A stretch of 64,000 bases of DNA, taken from NCBI GenBank assembly GCA_040954595.2, contig CM082592.2, positions 6,619,577-6,683,576 of the forward strand, in the 5' to 3' direction. Of this stretch, positions 24,712 to 39,389 are shown piece after piece. Position 1 is the stretch's first letter; every line of letters begins with the position of its first letter. A model generated the notes under the pieces. That model was not told the DNA's origin. It was given only the letters and a program-made list of their open reading frames with translations, and searched no databases. Both the position numbers and the translations under genes were made by a program. The stretch is from Balanoglossus misakiensis. Lineage: Eukaryota > Animalia > Hemichordata.

Positions 24712-26705
24712 TGTGGTTTATCTGAGAGAGAGAGAAAAAGAAACAGAAAAATTAAACACATCGAAGAAACTCTGTCGATAAAAGAAGTGCGCTTTTCGCC
24801 TAGAAAGCATCTTTCATGGATTCTGGTAACGTTGACAAGTTTTTCGTTTTGGACAAACTGGAATAAACGTCTAGTCATACCCTATAGAAGTTTGCCCTCC
24901 TGTGATGAAATACCCGCTGGATTTCACAAAACGAACATACGTACTCGCAGTATACCACACTCTGGAAACTGTACTGAAAAAGTGTGGCGCGCGCGGTTGT
25001 CATACTATTTTTATAAGCGACATCACTGTAAAGGTGTTGACTCTAAAGCGGATGACGGGAATTGGCCTCCCCCGTTTAGGGACACCACTCATCCCACCTC
25101 ATGACACGCCGTTAGCTGGTTAGATCATTTCGGTAACAGGACATCGCAAAGCAAATAAACTGTAATGGAGAAATGAAATAACGACTGCGCATAGGAACAG
25201 AAGCCGTGAGTTCTAAAGTGCTCGTCCATGTCGTTGGCAACAGAAACTGATAAAACTCCGGTAATTGTGAGTTTTGAAATACTCACTGAGTGCTTGAAAA
25301 TGACGAGTGTTCATTGACTCCTGCGCCGTGATAAGAGAAGTTAATTAGCGGTTCGGCCAACGGGGGATTGCACTGAAGAACAGTTTCGAGAAGTTCTCCC
25401 AGCAATAATAGATCACTCTGCCTCTTTCATGGTGTCGTGGTTTCCCAGGGAACCGTGGGATTTCACGGCATCGACCAACCGACCAAGGCTAATGGGGTGA
25501 ATCTCTAGAGGGCGCCTTTAGATATCCAGTTTCTGCGCACTTTCCCTTCGTATAAATCTTCCTTTTGGGGGGAAATAATGAATGCCAACTTTACACCAAT
25601 GAATGCGTGTAGGGAGCGATTGATTTTTTTACTTATTCGCTTTACTGTCCGACTTAGCGATAATACTACATCCCTCTTAGCAAGTAATTTGCACATCATG
25701 GCATATAGTAGTCACCATACATCACAAGAGCATACAGCTGCCCTATCACGAAGTGCGACGCGGACTGGCAAACCGACAGTCACTGTCAGACATTTCAGAA
25801 GCAACCGCGTGTCATTCAACTGACAACTCGAACAGACCTGTTCAAGTGACAGAATCGACGATAACGAACCCAGTCCGTCGAAGCAAACACAACCAAGACT
25901 TCTAATAACCGCAAGCGTCTGAAGATAAGAGAATCCACCGAGCGCCACCTAATCATAGAAACTTAACCTGTCTGGGTACATGACATTTGGATTGCATAAT
26001 AAAAATGTAAAATGAAAGAGGTAGATGTGGTGTGAATACTGAGGTTGGCTGTATTTTCTGAAGGGAGCTATATATAGACAAAAAATAACTCATTTGAGGG
26101 CGAGACTAAGTCATGTAACCAAAATGGGCATGGTCTATAACTTATAGTTGAACACAAAATTAACGATGATCGATAGGACGTGCTCCATAACTTGAACACA
26201 ATAGACTTTTATGGGGTTAATTATTCTACTGGTTTCGGGTCATTTGTCGAATAATTTAAAAGCTGCCGGCCAAATAATGCTCAATGACCCACATAATCCC
26301 TTCATGCATCAAATTCAAACCGCAATGTTGCCTATAGGTAGAAAAGGTGTCGAAGGTGCGTACACGCAGCAGACAGACTGCCGGGTGACTGATGTGACAA
26401 AGAGGTTTATGACCTGTCAGAATCGAAAAAGCCAAGATAATTGAAAACCGTCCTCTCGCGGGGAAGGTTCAACAATTAGCAGTATAAAAACGACACTGAT
26501 AGCATTATACACAACAGCGTTCTGCCTTTTAAAGTAGTAGGCCTACACCTACGACAGAAATGACTGTCGTTGAAGGACACTTTAGATTTCCCAAGCCGGG
26601 TCACGCCCCCGAGTCTATATATATACTAGTATTTATCGCTATGATAACGAGAAATATACTAGTATGCTGCCTACGCATGGGTGTTAATTAAATTACGTCA
26701 TCGAG

Positions 26706-27027
26706 TTAAGGTGTAGTCTGCGCATCGGGGACAGATTTTCACGGATGAATGATATCCCTCAAAACCTTCCAATTCTTTGCCATATTAAAGCATGTGAGGA
26801 GTCTTGTTGAAAAAAACGGAAAATATATGTCGTTCACCCTCCTTTTTTCACAAAATCACTACTTTAAAGTTAGAGTTGGCGGCCATTTTGAATTTCAATT
26901 TAGACAATGTTGCTCTCTCGTACAAAATTTTGCTCGGTGACCTCCATTTTTTTCTGCTCAAATTTACGAGAGAATACTAGTAGCCTGAAGTTGTCTTGAG
27001 CAAAATATGAGAAAAAGTTTAAGACTG
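26706..27027 (-). mobile_element. Non-autonomous DNA transposon (MITE) remnant starting TTAA-GG
   Basis: Begins TTAAGGTGTAGTCTGCGCATCGGGGACAG and contains GGCGGCCATTTTGAATTTC. The reverse complement of 26935-27027 aligns by eye with 46875-46957. Confidence 0.6.
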
Positions 27028-30000
27028 AGTTCCGATGGTAACACCGTCGCCAAGCAAACCGTTAGTGCCCACTGCATAGTGGACCCACTGAAGGATATTA
27101 CACATTGAATAATATTACCACGTGTTCATACTAATAAACAAAGGTGATAAAATAATGTTTTACTAAGCCGGTTAACAACAAGTGCCTGTGTTAATATCAT
27201 TTCTGGTAATCGATTTAGTATTTGCTGATAAAATCGTGACTGAACAATTTTCAGTAGCTTATAGCTATAGCTGTATCTTTGACTTGATCCCATTCTTATG
27301 TCGGTCGCTTAGCATTTCCTTTCCGTGAACCGAGAACGCAATTAATTTCCTCTGCTCCACCATCGAAGGAATATTATTTATCGTCTTCTTGTAAAGATGA
27401 ATCTGCAGGTGAAAGGCGTCACTTCGGGCAATGATCAACAAAAAGACCTTTGTGCAGTTTTTTTGAAAGAACATCTGTTTTTAGAAACACGTGTGAAAAA
27501 ACGATGGTGCTGAACACATGAATTGTCCCTATTTCTCGTCACCAACGCATGCACGTATAGGGCCAAATTTGAGATATTTCTGATCATCGTGACCCAATGA
27601 CAGTTAAAGTAATGAGTATATCTGATCGTATTTGAGTATTTACTCTTATACTACGAGAAAGTGGTTTTGGTAAGATGAATATTAATGAACTCGCGATCGA
27701 CCAAGACTCATCGCTCCACTGAATAATTTCATACAGCGGCATTGTTGGCGTAAGCTCGCTTTGTAAATCTTTCATGGCGATGTAGTCTCTTTCTTTCAAC
27801 GGGTGTGTTTATTTGTTTGTTCGCATGTATGAAAACAAGTAACGGTGTTGCCGGGGGCGACAGAGAAGGAAGATCACATCGTGGGTAGTCGTCCCCGACG
27901 ACCGCAGGGTGGTGCGAGATGTAAAGTGAAGGGGTCGTCGCGCCGCGTTTGCTTGTTTATAAACATTACAATTCATCCACAAATCCCTCAAATAAGATAA
28001 TTTTTAGAATGAACGAAGCAGCCAACCGAGGCGTAGACTGGGCATGACAGCAACTGAAGATCGTGGCAACTGCAGTGGGGCTTGCGCTGGTATGGGAGGA
28101 CATATTCTCGTCAAAGGGCCCGGACACCCATGCGGCGCGACGACCCCTTCCCTTTAATTTGCAAGAGGCATGTACACTTGGGAGCAAGACGGACAATAGG
28201 TATTCCATGTGTAAATTGGTCAACTTTGTCCGGTTGTCACAAGGCACGTTTCAGACTTACCTCTATTTAGGTTTAACCCGCAATCATTTTTATAGGCTGA
28301 AATTCCGACAGCTCAAATGTTTCTTCCGTTCTGCACCCCCGATAGAAAAATGATTTAATAGGTCCGAATTCGACTCCACATCTTATTAACGGTGATGGGC
28401 CGTTCTCTCGTATTACACGCTAGTCACGGGACAGTACAGTATATGAAGCCTCAAGCCGCGATCGCAAAAAGAAAGAAAAATTCTTCGGTAGAAACGAAGA
28501 CCTGCGCAGTCGATTTCTCATTGTAAGCATATTCAAAATATATCATCATAGAGACTATATCAATGTGTCACTGTGGGATCTTATATCTAAATTAGATGTT
28601 TAAAACTCTGGCCAAAGCTAATGCAAATTCACCTGTAGACTGTTTATTGTATTATAGAATGGTATTGGTATTTGCAAATTTGCGCCGACGGTCTTCGTCC
28701 ACTCATATGAACGTATAACAGTATAATTTGAAAAAAGTACACAATGTATTACATACGTATTACAAAGGCATCGACCTTTCACGGATAGCCCATACCGATA
28801 ATTGGCTTTTTACAACAAGTATCGTATAGACCAAACCGGGACAGCTATCACCTCGGTTCGGCGTAATGAAGTTTGAGGATCAAGCGATAAAGCCGCGGTG
28901 CATTGAAAATTGATATTACATATAAGTTTTGACACGTCAGATGTTAATTAGAGCAGATGTCTAATAAAACATGGTCGATTTGCTTTTGATAAAAGACGTA
29001 ATTGATAATCAGTTTCATTTACTCGCATCGTTCCGTGTATTCGATCGCAGGTAGTAAATTGTCTTATATTTTCATAAACTGAAATGGTCTAATTAAATAT
29101 CCCGTGGCATTATAAAAGACCAAGAACTCTTTAAATTAAATAGATGGATTTCAACAATAGAAGAAATAATTGCCAATAACATCTGAAGGGAAAAAACTAT
29201 CCGTTATACTCTTAATACTGCGAGATCTCTCGAAAATCTACGAGCGCCTGTGCGGTTTATCTGAAGTCGAAATTTGAGAAACTAACAAACACTGTTTCAA
29301 AGGTAGCCGATATTCAAATTGCTATAAATGTAGACACGCCGTGTGTTTATGTTATTGCGAATTGTTTGTCTGTTTGTTTATAGTTTATTTCTTGTTGCCG
29401 TTGGTTACCCAAACTCGGTCGGTGATTTATGATGACAGAGGGTGCGCCGGCCCGGGTTGTAAGGCAAAGAACGTGTCACGTGGCCGAATACCGTCCACGC
29501 GGATATCACCGTGCCGCGGCGGAGGGGGCTTTCGCCACTGTCGACTGGCTTTGCATATCATTACACATGCGCATGACTATGTCCGAGGCTTCACTCTTTT
29601 TGCTCATCGAGGTCAGATTTCTTTACCCCTTCCCCATAAATCACATTTCTATTCGTCTTTTTTTCTCTCAATGGCAACGGAAAGTGGAACACAGAAAACC
29701 TCAAAGAGTAAGAGTAATCAATTTCAATGTCTGTTGTCAGTTTACAGAAAAAAAACAAGGTTATCCAAGATGCCTCTGTCATTAAAACGAAACACAATCC
29801 AAGACTTGGATCATTGCAGTATTCTTTCGCCATAATTCTAAAAAGTGATTGAAGATTTTCAAAAGAAATAACGTCCACAACCACGGCATAGTCTAAAGAC
29901 GTCGATATGTGAAGTACACGCGATTCCCCCACAGCGACCTGGATTCGGCAAGGCAATGGCCTTTGTCAAGGCCACCGAGTGTCGTTGTCGAAAATTCCTA

Positions 30001-33000
30001 AAGGGAACACGACGGCGGCCCCACAGGGAACCGCAGTCAAACGTGACGACGTGAGTGTCCCCTTCGAACCACTGAATTCCAAGGATGCGTGCAGCTATAG
30101 TTTCGGGCGTTTCAGATATTCAAACGCCATCTTCGCCTGTGGCCGAACCAACGACACGACCCGTGCGAGCGGACGATGTTCAAACGCTGACCCAGTCAAT
30201 CTCCCTGTCCTATCATTTATACAAGGGGTACTTCGAAAAGTCATCGTCGTGAACCGTTTTTATTAGAACGCGTGTGGAACAGTGCGTCCCTAAAAGCAAC
30301 GGAATTTCCCAGACGACGTGTAAAAGATCCAATTAATCGCGGGACATCAATCAACCATCGGCGTCGACGATATATATTCACTTTAAAAGATTATTACTAT
30401 TTTTCAATATACATTTGCAGTTAATTGTTTTATTCTTTTGCGACAACGAGCGCTTAGACTGCTGGTGCACCCTCCCCCCTCCCTCCTTAATCCAAAGGTC
30501 GCAGTAGTATTTTGCAGGCAAACGAATAGTTTTCATCATATGTGAAGTATAAGACTCGATGAACCCCCGAGGTTAGAGTGGTGTTTCAGCTAAAGTGAGC
30601 TTTCAGTTTTCATATTTCACAGGAAAAAAGTTCAATGTCATCTTTAATGAGTCGCCCGCGCTTGGGTGCACCCTGACACTCCCGTCTAATAATTCGGAAC
30701 AACTGCTGATGGCGAGGAAGCGATGGAATTGGGCGATAAACATCTGTAACGAAGACTTCTGTAACGCTTATGGGAAACCAAAGATGCGTGACTGTATTCA
30801 TTATGATGCCCACGTGTATTTAATAATTGGAAATAACTCATCATCATCATCACCGTCATCTTCATTCGATTCTAGCGTGTAAAACAGTTCCGGGCCCAAA
30901 GTTATCCCGAGTGAATAAAATATCATTTACAAGTACGGCGATATTTTCGCTCAGAACACGCGGGCGAATTATATAATTAATATTTCATGGCCAAAACCGC
31001 GGGACTCGTTTAAAATTACACATGTTACTGGTAAAAAAAAGTATCTCGCCAATATGTCGCAACTTGATTAAAAATTGAAGTTTTAAAAGAATATGGACCT
31101 TAATACGCACCTTGAGAGTAACGCAGTATCCAATGGCAAGCCGAAAGCACGAGTCTCCCGGGCCGATACTTTTTTTTCGACGGAAGGCTGGTGCGCGGGA
31201 TGGTTCAACTCCGACTTCGTTGCTCGTACAGTCAGTACAGATCGATTTTGATATGATTTTCTTTTACAGGAACACACATTTAAGACATCCAACACAATAC
31301 ACCGACGCGGAGTGAAAGCGGTTCTTACAAACACACCGTGTATGCATCGCCCGAGTCTATACGCGAATATTAATTATGTCGGACAAAACAACGCATATTG
31401 GAAGGAGTCAATATGCGTCTCCGACGGACACAGAAAAGGAGACATTTACGTAAAGGCGGTTGATTCTTTGCATATTGCAGTTCTCGCCGGGGCATGATAT
31501 TTTGAAGCGGGCAAAACTTTTACAATGATAACAGGATACACAGGCTGACAGGTTCCACAAAGGGCGTATACACTGAAAAGTTCGAACACGTTACAAAGAA
31601 GCGCGGAACATACCTATATCACGAACTGCCGGTAGGGCCAGCTGCATGTCGTTGCTCGAACAAAGCGATGGCTAAACATATCTCGACATTTTCCGTCCGA
31701 TATTAAAACTATTGATTGAAGGCTAACGTCCGCATACGCCGACCTTAATATAGGCAACCGGAGGGAAGCTCTAGGAAAACTGCCTGCCTGGTTTGATTGG
31801 CACCGTCCGTATGAAACGCTTCTAGCAATCATTGAGGCACGAAGCCCCCTTCGGTACAAGTCATATTTTTTTGATTGATGATTTTCCGTTGACGTTCATG
31901 ATATGACGTTGGGGGAAGTGGTCACGTGATTTGTTTGTTCGATTTTCTTCTCTGTACAATCCCGCCCGAAATGAAAAGCGTGGGTTTCTCACTCGCCGCA
32001 GTTACTATAGTCAAGTTTATTAACGCTGCTCGATACACCTGCTTGAAGTACGAGCAGATCCAAGCGTAACTTTGGTCTCTAAAAAAAGAAAAAGTTTCCG
32101 AAACTTTCTACGTTGTCGCTAGTGATAATCGGCTGTTGTGCGAACATTTACTATCAAATCGACCTGTGCGGTGAAAAACTGGTTTGGTTTTCAGGTATAG
32201 CGAAACGCCGATCTCCGGGCTTGAGTTACTGAATTTATCGGGTTCCGAAAGTTAATTGCGAGCCCCAGAAAGGAGAGTAAAAACACGCCACCATCCGTTA
32301 AGAGAGAAAGACGTTGGCAGCGGTAGATTGTGTACATTAGAGAGCCTTCCGGCACCGTACAGAACGATCAAGTAAATATTACTTAATAATTTAGTGACAT
32401 TTCTCCATCTGTTCTGTTCTGGTGGCGATCAATGAGAAGTCGGGCATAAAACCCCGGACCCGCCGGCGTTTGCCGTCGGACTTTCGGTTACAAAGACGCG
32501 AGGATTACGCCCCCATCAAGGCTTTTAGCGGGGCTGTTCTGGTGAACTGCTGCGATGGGGATATCATTTTCCCCGATCACTTTCTAAAAGGATAATCATA
32601 ACAAAATCGTTTCTCTTGTGTTTTGTACACAATAACTCAGATATCTTTTGCAGGAAAGTGACGATGAATACTAAGCTTCTGCTTCTTAATATTTACCATG
32701 ACACAAATAAATTAAAACTGTCATCTCCAAATGTGATTGATTGCTTTTAATTAGCATGCGAAGATAAAGTTGTAGCGCCGCGGTGTTAAAATACATAATG
32801 ACTTGATTGGAGGAAGAGTCGTTAAAGAAACGGCTTCTTTGTACATTTTATTGCGCGCCCACTCTCGTTGCTGGTTTCTGCTACACGCCAGCCAACTTGG
32901 GGGGGGGGGGGAGGGGTTAAAGTTCTGGTCGGACTGAGAAGGGAAAGAGGGGGAGGAAGAGAAAGGGAGAGAGAGATAGAAAAGAGCACCACCATATGTT

Positions 33001-34282
33001 CTTTAGAACGCCCAAATACGTCATTTCAGCCATATATGGGCGTATGTAAATTTGAGGTGACTAGGAATGCCAGCATTTCACTCATTTAGACATGTTTAAT
33101 TCCCTAACTACAGAAGTCAATTCTGATACCGACGATGTCCGTTAAGCGAGAGTGAAGTAACAGACGGCACAGGTTGGCATTGAGAGAATGTACATACTAC
33201 AGGAATGACAGTCAGTGTCAATGACCACCGTCAAATGATTCATATCGCCAATTCATTCACGTAAAGCGTTCTATAGATTACCGATGTCTTACAAGAGAGG
33301 CCGAGCAAGCAATAATCGTGATGGCGTTCTACACGCAGCCTTCCTTCCCTTCAATTCACGCAGACTGAAAATAATTTCCGTCGATTTTCAGAAAGAAAAG
33401 GGGGATGATTAATGGCTTAAAATAGACGAAATGGCTATAATTAGGGCTCTATTTTGTCCCGGGTTAAGATCTGTCAGTGCGCGTCTGTTGCGTCAGTTGG
33501 AACTCTCACAAACAGGATCCGCGTGAAGCAGTTTACTTCTATTGACCACCTGCGGTTGAGAGAGGGGCATAGGGAGACAGACAGACAGACATACAGATAG
33601 AAGGACAGAATATTGTTCTTTGTCATAAATTAAAATGTTCTGTATTCAAGTCATAAATACACATTTGGAAAGGGACAATAAAGAATTTATCAACGCGTCT
33701 TCAGCGTACAAATACTAATTTCTATATCAAACAAAATGCGTTCACCAGACGATCATCTATCACTTCAAAACTTCATTTGAGTTTTACTGAATACAATCAG
33801 AGGGCACAGATATACATGTACAAGGCGCCGGCATAGGCTATAGTATACAGCCGAGGGACTAGTTATAGTAAAAATTAATTAGCTCTGAGAGAAATTTACG
33901 AAAATAATTCAGTGAAAATCGTGGCGAAATAATTAAAACAGTTTAATTCAATGATCATATCTCGCAAGCCCGAGTGTACGATTCGTCATACAAAAAGCCT
34001 TGCCGGAACTTTTTTTGTCTGTCAACCGCAGAATGAAATAGTTTCTCCTTCGCGCCTTTATACTGTTTTGTCAGTTACAGCTGGTCATGCTTTCACTCTC
34101 TGAATAGAATATCTTTACAGGCGCGACTTGGGGGAGATTCTTGACATCGGCATAAAGCTGTGCGTTCACAAAGGGCAGGTCGAGACTAGATGAATAGAAA
34201 ATTTCGCGGGTGATAGAGGGAGACCTGAAAATTATGTTAGTGTCAGACTCAGAGGCCTCTCATTTGTGACGAAAACTTGTAT

Positions 34283-34356
34283 ATGTGTGTGTGCGTGTGT
34301 GTGTCTAGTCTCTGTCTGTCTGTCTGTCTGTACATGTATATGTATCTACATGTATG
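34283..34356. repeat. Compound microsatellite (GT)n/(GTCT)n/(GTAT)n
   Basis: Directly visible simple repeats. Confidence 0.8.
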
Positions 34357-37300
34357 TCACCAGATGAGTCATTCGGCTCTCAAGTAAACAGTTCCCAGCG
34401 TTTCCACAACAGAGGGCGTCGATTGATAAATCACGCCGTGAGTCACGGAAGACTTGCTTGACGCACGGTCACTTTTTTGGGCCCGATGTGAAGTGACCGT
34501 GCTTGACGCAACGAAGCACAGAGGAATGTTTTAAACCAGCCGTCCGCCTCAACCGATCGGGGTCGGTACTCCAAACCGCCCATTACCGTAATGTCACCAA
34601 TTCGCCCTTTCCTTCCTGTACCTGGCGGGAATCAATTTGTGGACTCTTTTATTAATCCTAGCGGATGGCCGTGTTTTCAGTGAAAGTTAACCGATTATGG
34701 CAGTTAACTTGAGTGACGCGTGCGGCCTGCGTAATGGGACCTACAGCAAAGTGTCATCTAAAATATTCCATGATATAAACAGAAAATCGCGTTGAACAAA
34801 ACATGATCAAATAGCTGATCCGCAGTTTGAACGACTGACTTCACAGAAGACTATGACTGGACAAATATTGCTACCGGATCAGAAGTGATTCGCGTGTAAA
34901 TCGCTTGCAAAAGTCCACGTATACATTGTACACGTGATCTCGAATTCTATGGACATTTCCGGTCGCGGTTTTTTTAATGGTTGCTTATCATGACAGCGTT
35001 GCTTTAACCAGTAATTGTTCACGGAAACAGTTCCATTTCTAGAACATTTGTTACCAAAAAAGTCAAACGATCATGTGAGCGATACGTTACTGTGAAGTAG
35101 GCGCCGTCTAAATTATGCATATGCTCGTACGTGGAATTAATATAGTTTGGTTATGTGCATACCTTGGGAAAGTGGAGAGGGTATGGCCACGTTTAAGAGT
35201 GAACAGACAGACGTACAAAAGACCAACCATTTCTCGGTGTGACCCCAAACACAATCGAGAAATACGGTGCCTTTGCCCCCGAGAGACAAAATGTTTTAAT
35301 CGCTCAGAATTTGCGCTCCTGTGTGACAACGTACTTACTCTATATCTAAACGCCAAACGGATGGCTGTGGCTATTTCTGGGCGGAAACGCATTCGCCTGA
35401 GCGCTATAAAGTTATAAAGTGTCCATATAGGTAAACTCTTCGTGTTTCTTTTCCTGTACTCATGCATTTAACATACACTATATAATTACAGTACAGTCAT
35501 ATTACCGGGATTTTAAAACTTCCTCGCTTCTTATCCGCCTTTTCCTCCCCCTCCCCGCTCCCCACCCCTCTTTCTGTCGAGAAACTTGAAACCGCCGTTT
35601 GTTTACTGTCCACAGAAAACGGTTAACTGTGAGAATACAATAAATAAAATGTCGTCTTTGCGGTGTAAAGACCACGCCAGGTGACCGCTAACCTCGGTCA
35701 CTCTTACAATCGGTACGGCGTGACCGAGAAAGGCGAAAGCGTGTGTGTGTGGGGGGGGGGGGGGGGGAGGGTGGGGGGGGGGTTAACTTATCCGGCTGCC
35801 CAAATAGACGTTTATATCAGTCGTCGATCCGTTTCGTTTCTTTGATTTGTTTTATTTATTTTGCCGCATGCACCATTCTGACTGCCCGTAGCTATAACTC
35901 CCTAGCGCCCACCAAGGGCACAGGGGAACCCTACCACCATAAAAGCAGCGACGAAAGAACCAATGTCAACTCGTCACAGACTCCCTAGTTGTAGTTCTGA
36001 TAGAAACACTCACCTTGAGATTAAAGTATGTCCTGTCGTAACCATGGCGATCCTACTTCTGACTAAGAATACGCAGACAGATTCCCACTACGTGGTCGCT
36101 GGTTTCTGCGTGTGTAGAAAATACATGGCAACTGTTTTGTACTTTACAAGATCAACATAGCAGTCACTGTACATGACCTTCCCCGTGGACTTTCACTCGG
36201 AACTTGTCAAGGTGCTGGAAAAGTCGCCCTTGTGCTGTTAAGAAAATCCGATCGTCTGAATTCTGGCTGTCGGTGATGTCATACAAATACTATTGCCGAT
36301 CAGATCACGCCAGGTAAAACCACAGCCAGCAGAATAAAAAGTGGAGTGATGGAAGGCACTCTCTCGTTTCTTTAAGGCGACCGGTGACCTACTTGGGTCA
36401 CGCTCTGTTTTCTTGTTGCTGAGGCGTGGGCGACCCTCACGTCGACAAGGGAACTCAATGGGGTGTAATGTCCATCGGTATACAAAAGCTATATGACGTG
36501 CGCCACACCTTTGAAGACCCCCGGGCTGTAGATTCAGGGATGGGCCGAGCAAGATTTTGCATGTTACCTGTTGCTTGCAAGCAGAGATCAATGTCAAGAT
36601 ACGACAGCCGTACACTTAATGGGGGCCCGTTCTGGTCAAAATTATGTTTTATTAATTTAATGCGGTAGAATGAATTTTTTTGTAGACTGGAATTAATTTT
36701 GCTAGAATCTCGAATTAACTTCATGTTGTGTCGAATTAATTTTGGCCGATCCCACAGTCCTTTGCGCACGCTTACTTAAATCAAGATGGCGGCGGCTGAC
36801 AATGTCTTTCTTGCATAAAGTTCAAAAAGGGGACGTTGTATGTGAAACGTTTCGGGGCGGTGTGCTCGATAGTCGAAATACATGGTCTGGTCTTTCCATC
36901 TGGCAAAAAGAGTCAAAAATGCAGATATTTGTAAATGTTCTTATTCTGATTAGAATCTTAGGACGCATTGTTTGTGAATAGATATTTAGGTGACGATGAT
37001 GTTCAGTTGATTTTCCCCTAATCCAACATTTCAAAGCAAATGGTAAACTCTTTCGGGTGTGGAATCGTTTGATGTTCTAAATGTCTGGCGAACTACAACA
37101 AAAAAGTAATCCGAAATTTCATCAGTTTTGTAGCCGTGTCAGCACTTTTGATGCGGGTCACGTGATGTGACTTGAGACTCGTCAATGCAAAGTTTTCGCT
37201 GCTGATTGGCTGGAGCCACCTGGACCACCTCCACTTGGAAATTTCCGTCTAGCCTTCCATGCATTTTCATTTGAGAGTCAGACGGCCACGCTGCTGCACG

Positions 37301-38649
37301 GACCACGAGAAGATGCGGAGAACTCTGCCCCAAAACAGAGTTTCTCCGCTGGATAGTTTTCATGACGACAGCGGTAAGTAAAGTAACAGAAGTAGACACG
37401 GTTACTCAATTTTTGACCAGGAAACATGGGTTATTGTGTGGCGAGTTACGGACAACTAAAAAGCCAGACGTTTACACCACAGAATTGAAAAATTGGATAC
37501 GTCACAGTCAGACCGCTCGAGTCAGCGCTTCCCTGCGTTTTATTCACAAATTCAACCCTTTCGCGTTACTCAACTTGAGATGTACGGTTTATCAAATTTA
37601 GACGATTCGGTGTTATAGCTCTACTGGTGGGCGGTAGTTTTTTTTTACATAAAAAACAAGGTAGTTTTTCTGGAAAGGGGAGGGGCCCACGATAAATTCG
37701 TAGCGGGTTCGATGAACTGACAGCGGGCCCACGTGTAGTCTGCGTGTTTTCGAGTTTGAGCGAATGCAAATTTGTGTTACACTACCAGACAATGGCAAAA
37801 ATAAGCTTTGAAACGCTTCATTGGGAACAGTTATTTTTGAGTGTCCGTGCAAGCTTTGCCAAAAAATATTTTTTTTTTATCGGAGTTTTAAATGTTCCGC
37901 TTGGCTGCAGTCCTAAACTTGAAAATATATAAATGTACGCAGTGCCATGCTGAGGTTTCAGACTACTTATTGTCAGCGAAGCCCTACAACATGCATTGTC
38001 GTCGTGTGTGATGTACAATATGCGAAGGAACAACAGTTTAACGTACGGTGATCACGGTTGATATTTGGTTTCGTGTTCATGGATAGGCACTCAATTTGTT
38101 TCCTTATTTTTTGCAGACCGAAGGCCCAGATGAACTGATACGTTCCACGTGGATGCTATGATGTTACAAGCATGATGTCAAAGTAAGCGGTATCAGCCAA
38201 GTTTTTTTGGCACTTTTTAAGATTTTTCAACGATTCTGACTGGTGCCGGTAGCCAGTTCAGCGAACCGATTTTGCACAAACCTGAAAGATTTAACAATAC
38301 GAGTGCTATATATGGATACCATTCAGTGTTTTAGAACCAACATGACTACATGCTCGGTGTATGGGTCATTTTTTGTTACGGCACCAACAAGTTCATCGGC
38401 TTTGAATGCTTCGAAAGGTGCTCGTTGTTGTGAATGTGTGTGTGCATGAGTGTACGGTAAGTTGTATGGTATATTTGGGCCATGCAGCTAGACTACAATG
38501 AGGTGAGCGTTTGTATGATCCATGGCTGAATGAAGACCAGTGGATGAAGTTTCGTAACAAGTAAGTTATATAGACATAAATAAAATCCCCGGTGCGGGTG
38601 GGTCCCATCCCTTAGACTGTTGGTTTAATATAATTAATACGCGTTTTTT

Positions 38650-39350
38650 CAGATATGTTATCTTTCATCATTATTCAATAAAAAATATTAAAAACCTACA
38701 CGCACTCATAATACTGGGAGTGGTTTATTTCCGTACCGATCATCTTCGCGCGTGCGTACATAGTCAATATAAGTTTTTTGAGATTTGTGATCTTTCGTCA
38801 TTATTCAATAAAAAAAATATTAAAAACATACACGTCTTGATAAAACTGGGAGTGGTTTATTTCCGTACCGATCATCTTCGCGCGTGCGTATATAGTTAAT
38901 ATAAGTTTGAGATTTGTCATCTTTCCTCATTATTCAATAAAAAATATTAAAAACATACACGTCTTGATAAAACTGAGTGTTTATTTCCGTACCGATCATC
39001 TTTGCGCGTGCGTATATAGTTAATATAAGTTTGAGATTTGTCATCTTTCCTCGTTATTCAATAAAAAAAATATTAAACACATACACGTCTTGATAAAACT
39101 GAGTGTTTATTTTCGTACCGATCATCTTCCCGCATGCGTATTTAGTTGATAGATTTGTAATCTTTCGTCATTTTTCAATAAAAATTATTAAAAACATACA
39201 CTACTAATAAAACTGGGAGTGGTTTATTTCCTTACTTTCCAGGTTTTTTGTCGAGATTTGTAATCTTTTCACATTTACTCCAATAAATAAAACGTTATTA
39301 AAACATGTACTGGTATAACCCGAGTGGTTTATTTTGCACTCATCTTCGCT
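38650..39350. repeat. Tandem repeat, about 125-bp unit, about 6 copies, degrading toward the 3' end
   Basis: Recurring TCTTTC...TTATTCAATAAAAAATATTAAAAACATACAC...GAGTGGTTTATTTCCGTACCGATCATCTTCGCGCGTGCGTA at 38661, 38791, 38920, 39044, 39161 and 39264 (periods 130, 129, 124, 117, 103). Confidence 0.93.
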
Positions 39351-39389
39351 TGTGTGTATGTATGTGTTCATGAATATTAAAAAAAATAG

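Noticed and set aside
23635-25104. Several overlapping or antisense ORFs around the SLC35G-like gene
   Set aside because: Shadow ORFs caused by high GC in the real CDS.
29341-30266. ORFs of 95-164 aa in the intergenic region
   Set aside because: No recognisable motifs, non-ATG starts or atypical composition, and no consistent splice structure.
35750-35782. G-quadruplex-forming poly-G tract (also 9695, 14450, 22446, 32899, 40581)
   Set aside because: Poly-G/C runs are frequent throughout the window and their lengths are error-prone; there is no specific functional evidence.
36780-37050. Possible decayed coding fragment after CAAGATGGCGGC
   Set aside because: Multiple stops and no family could be recognised; BLASTX would be needed.
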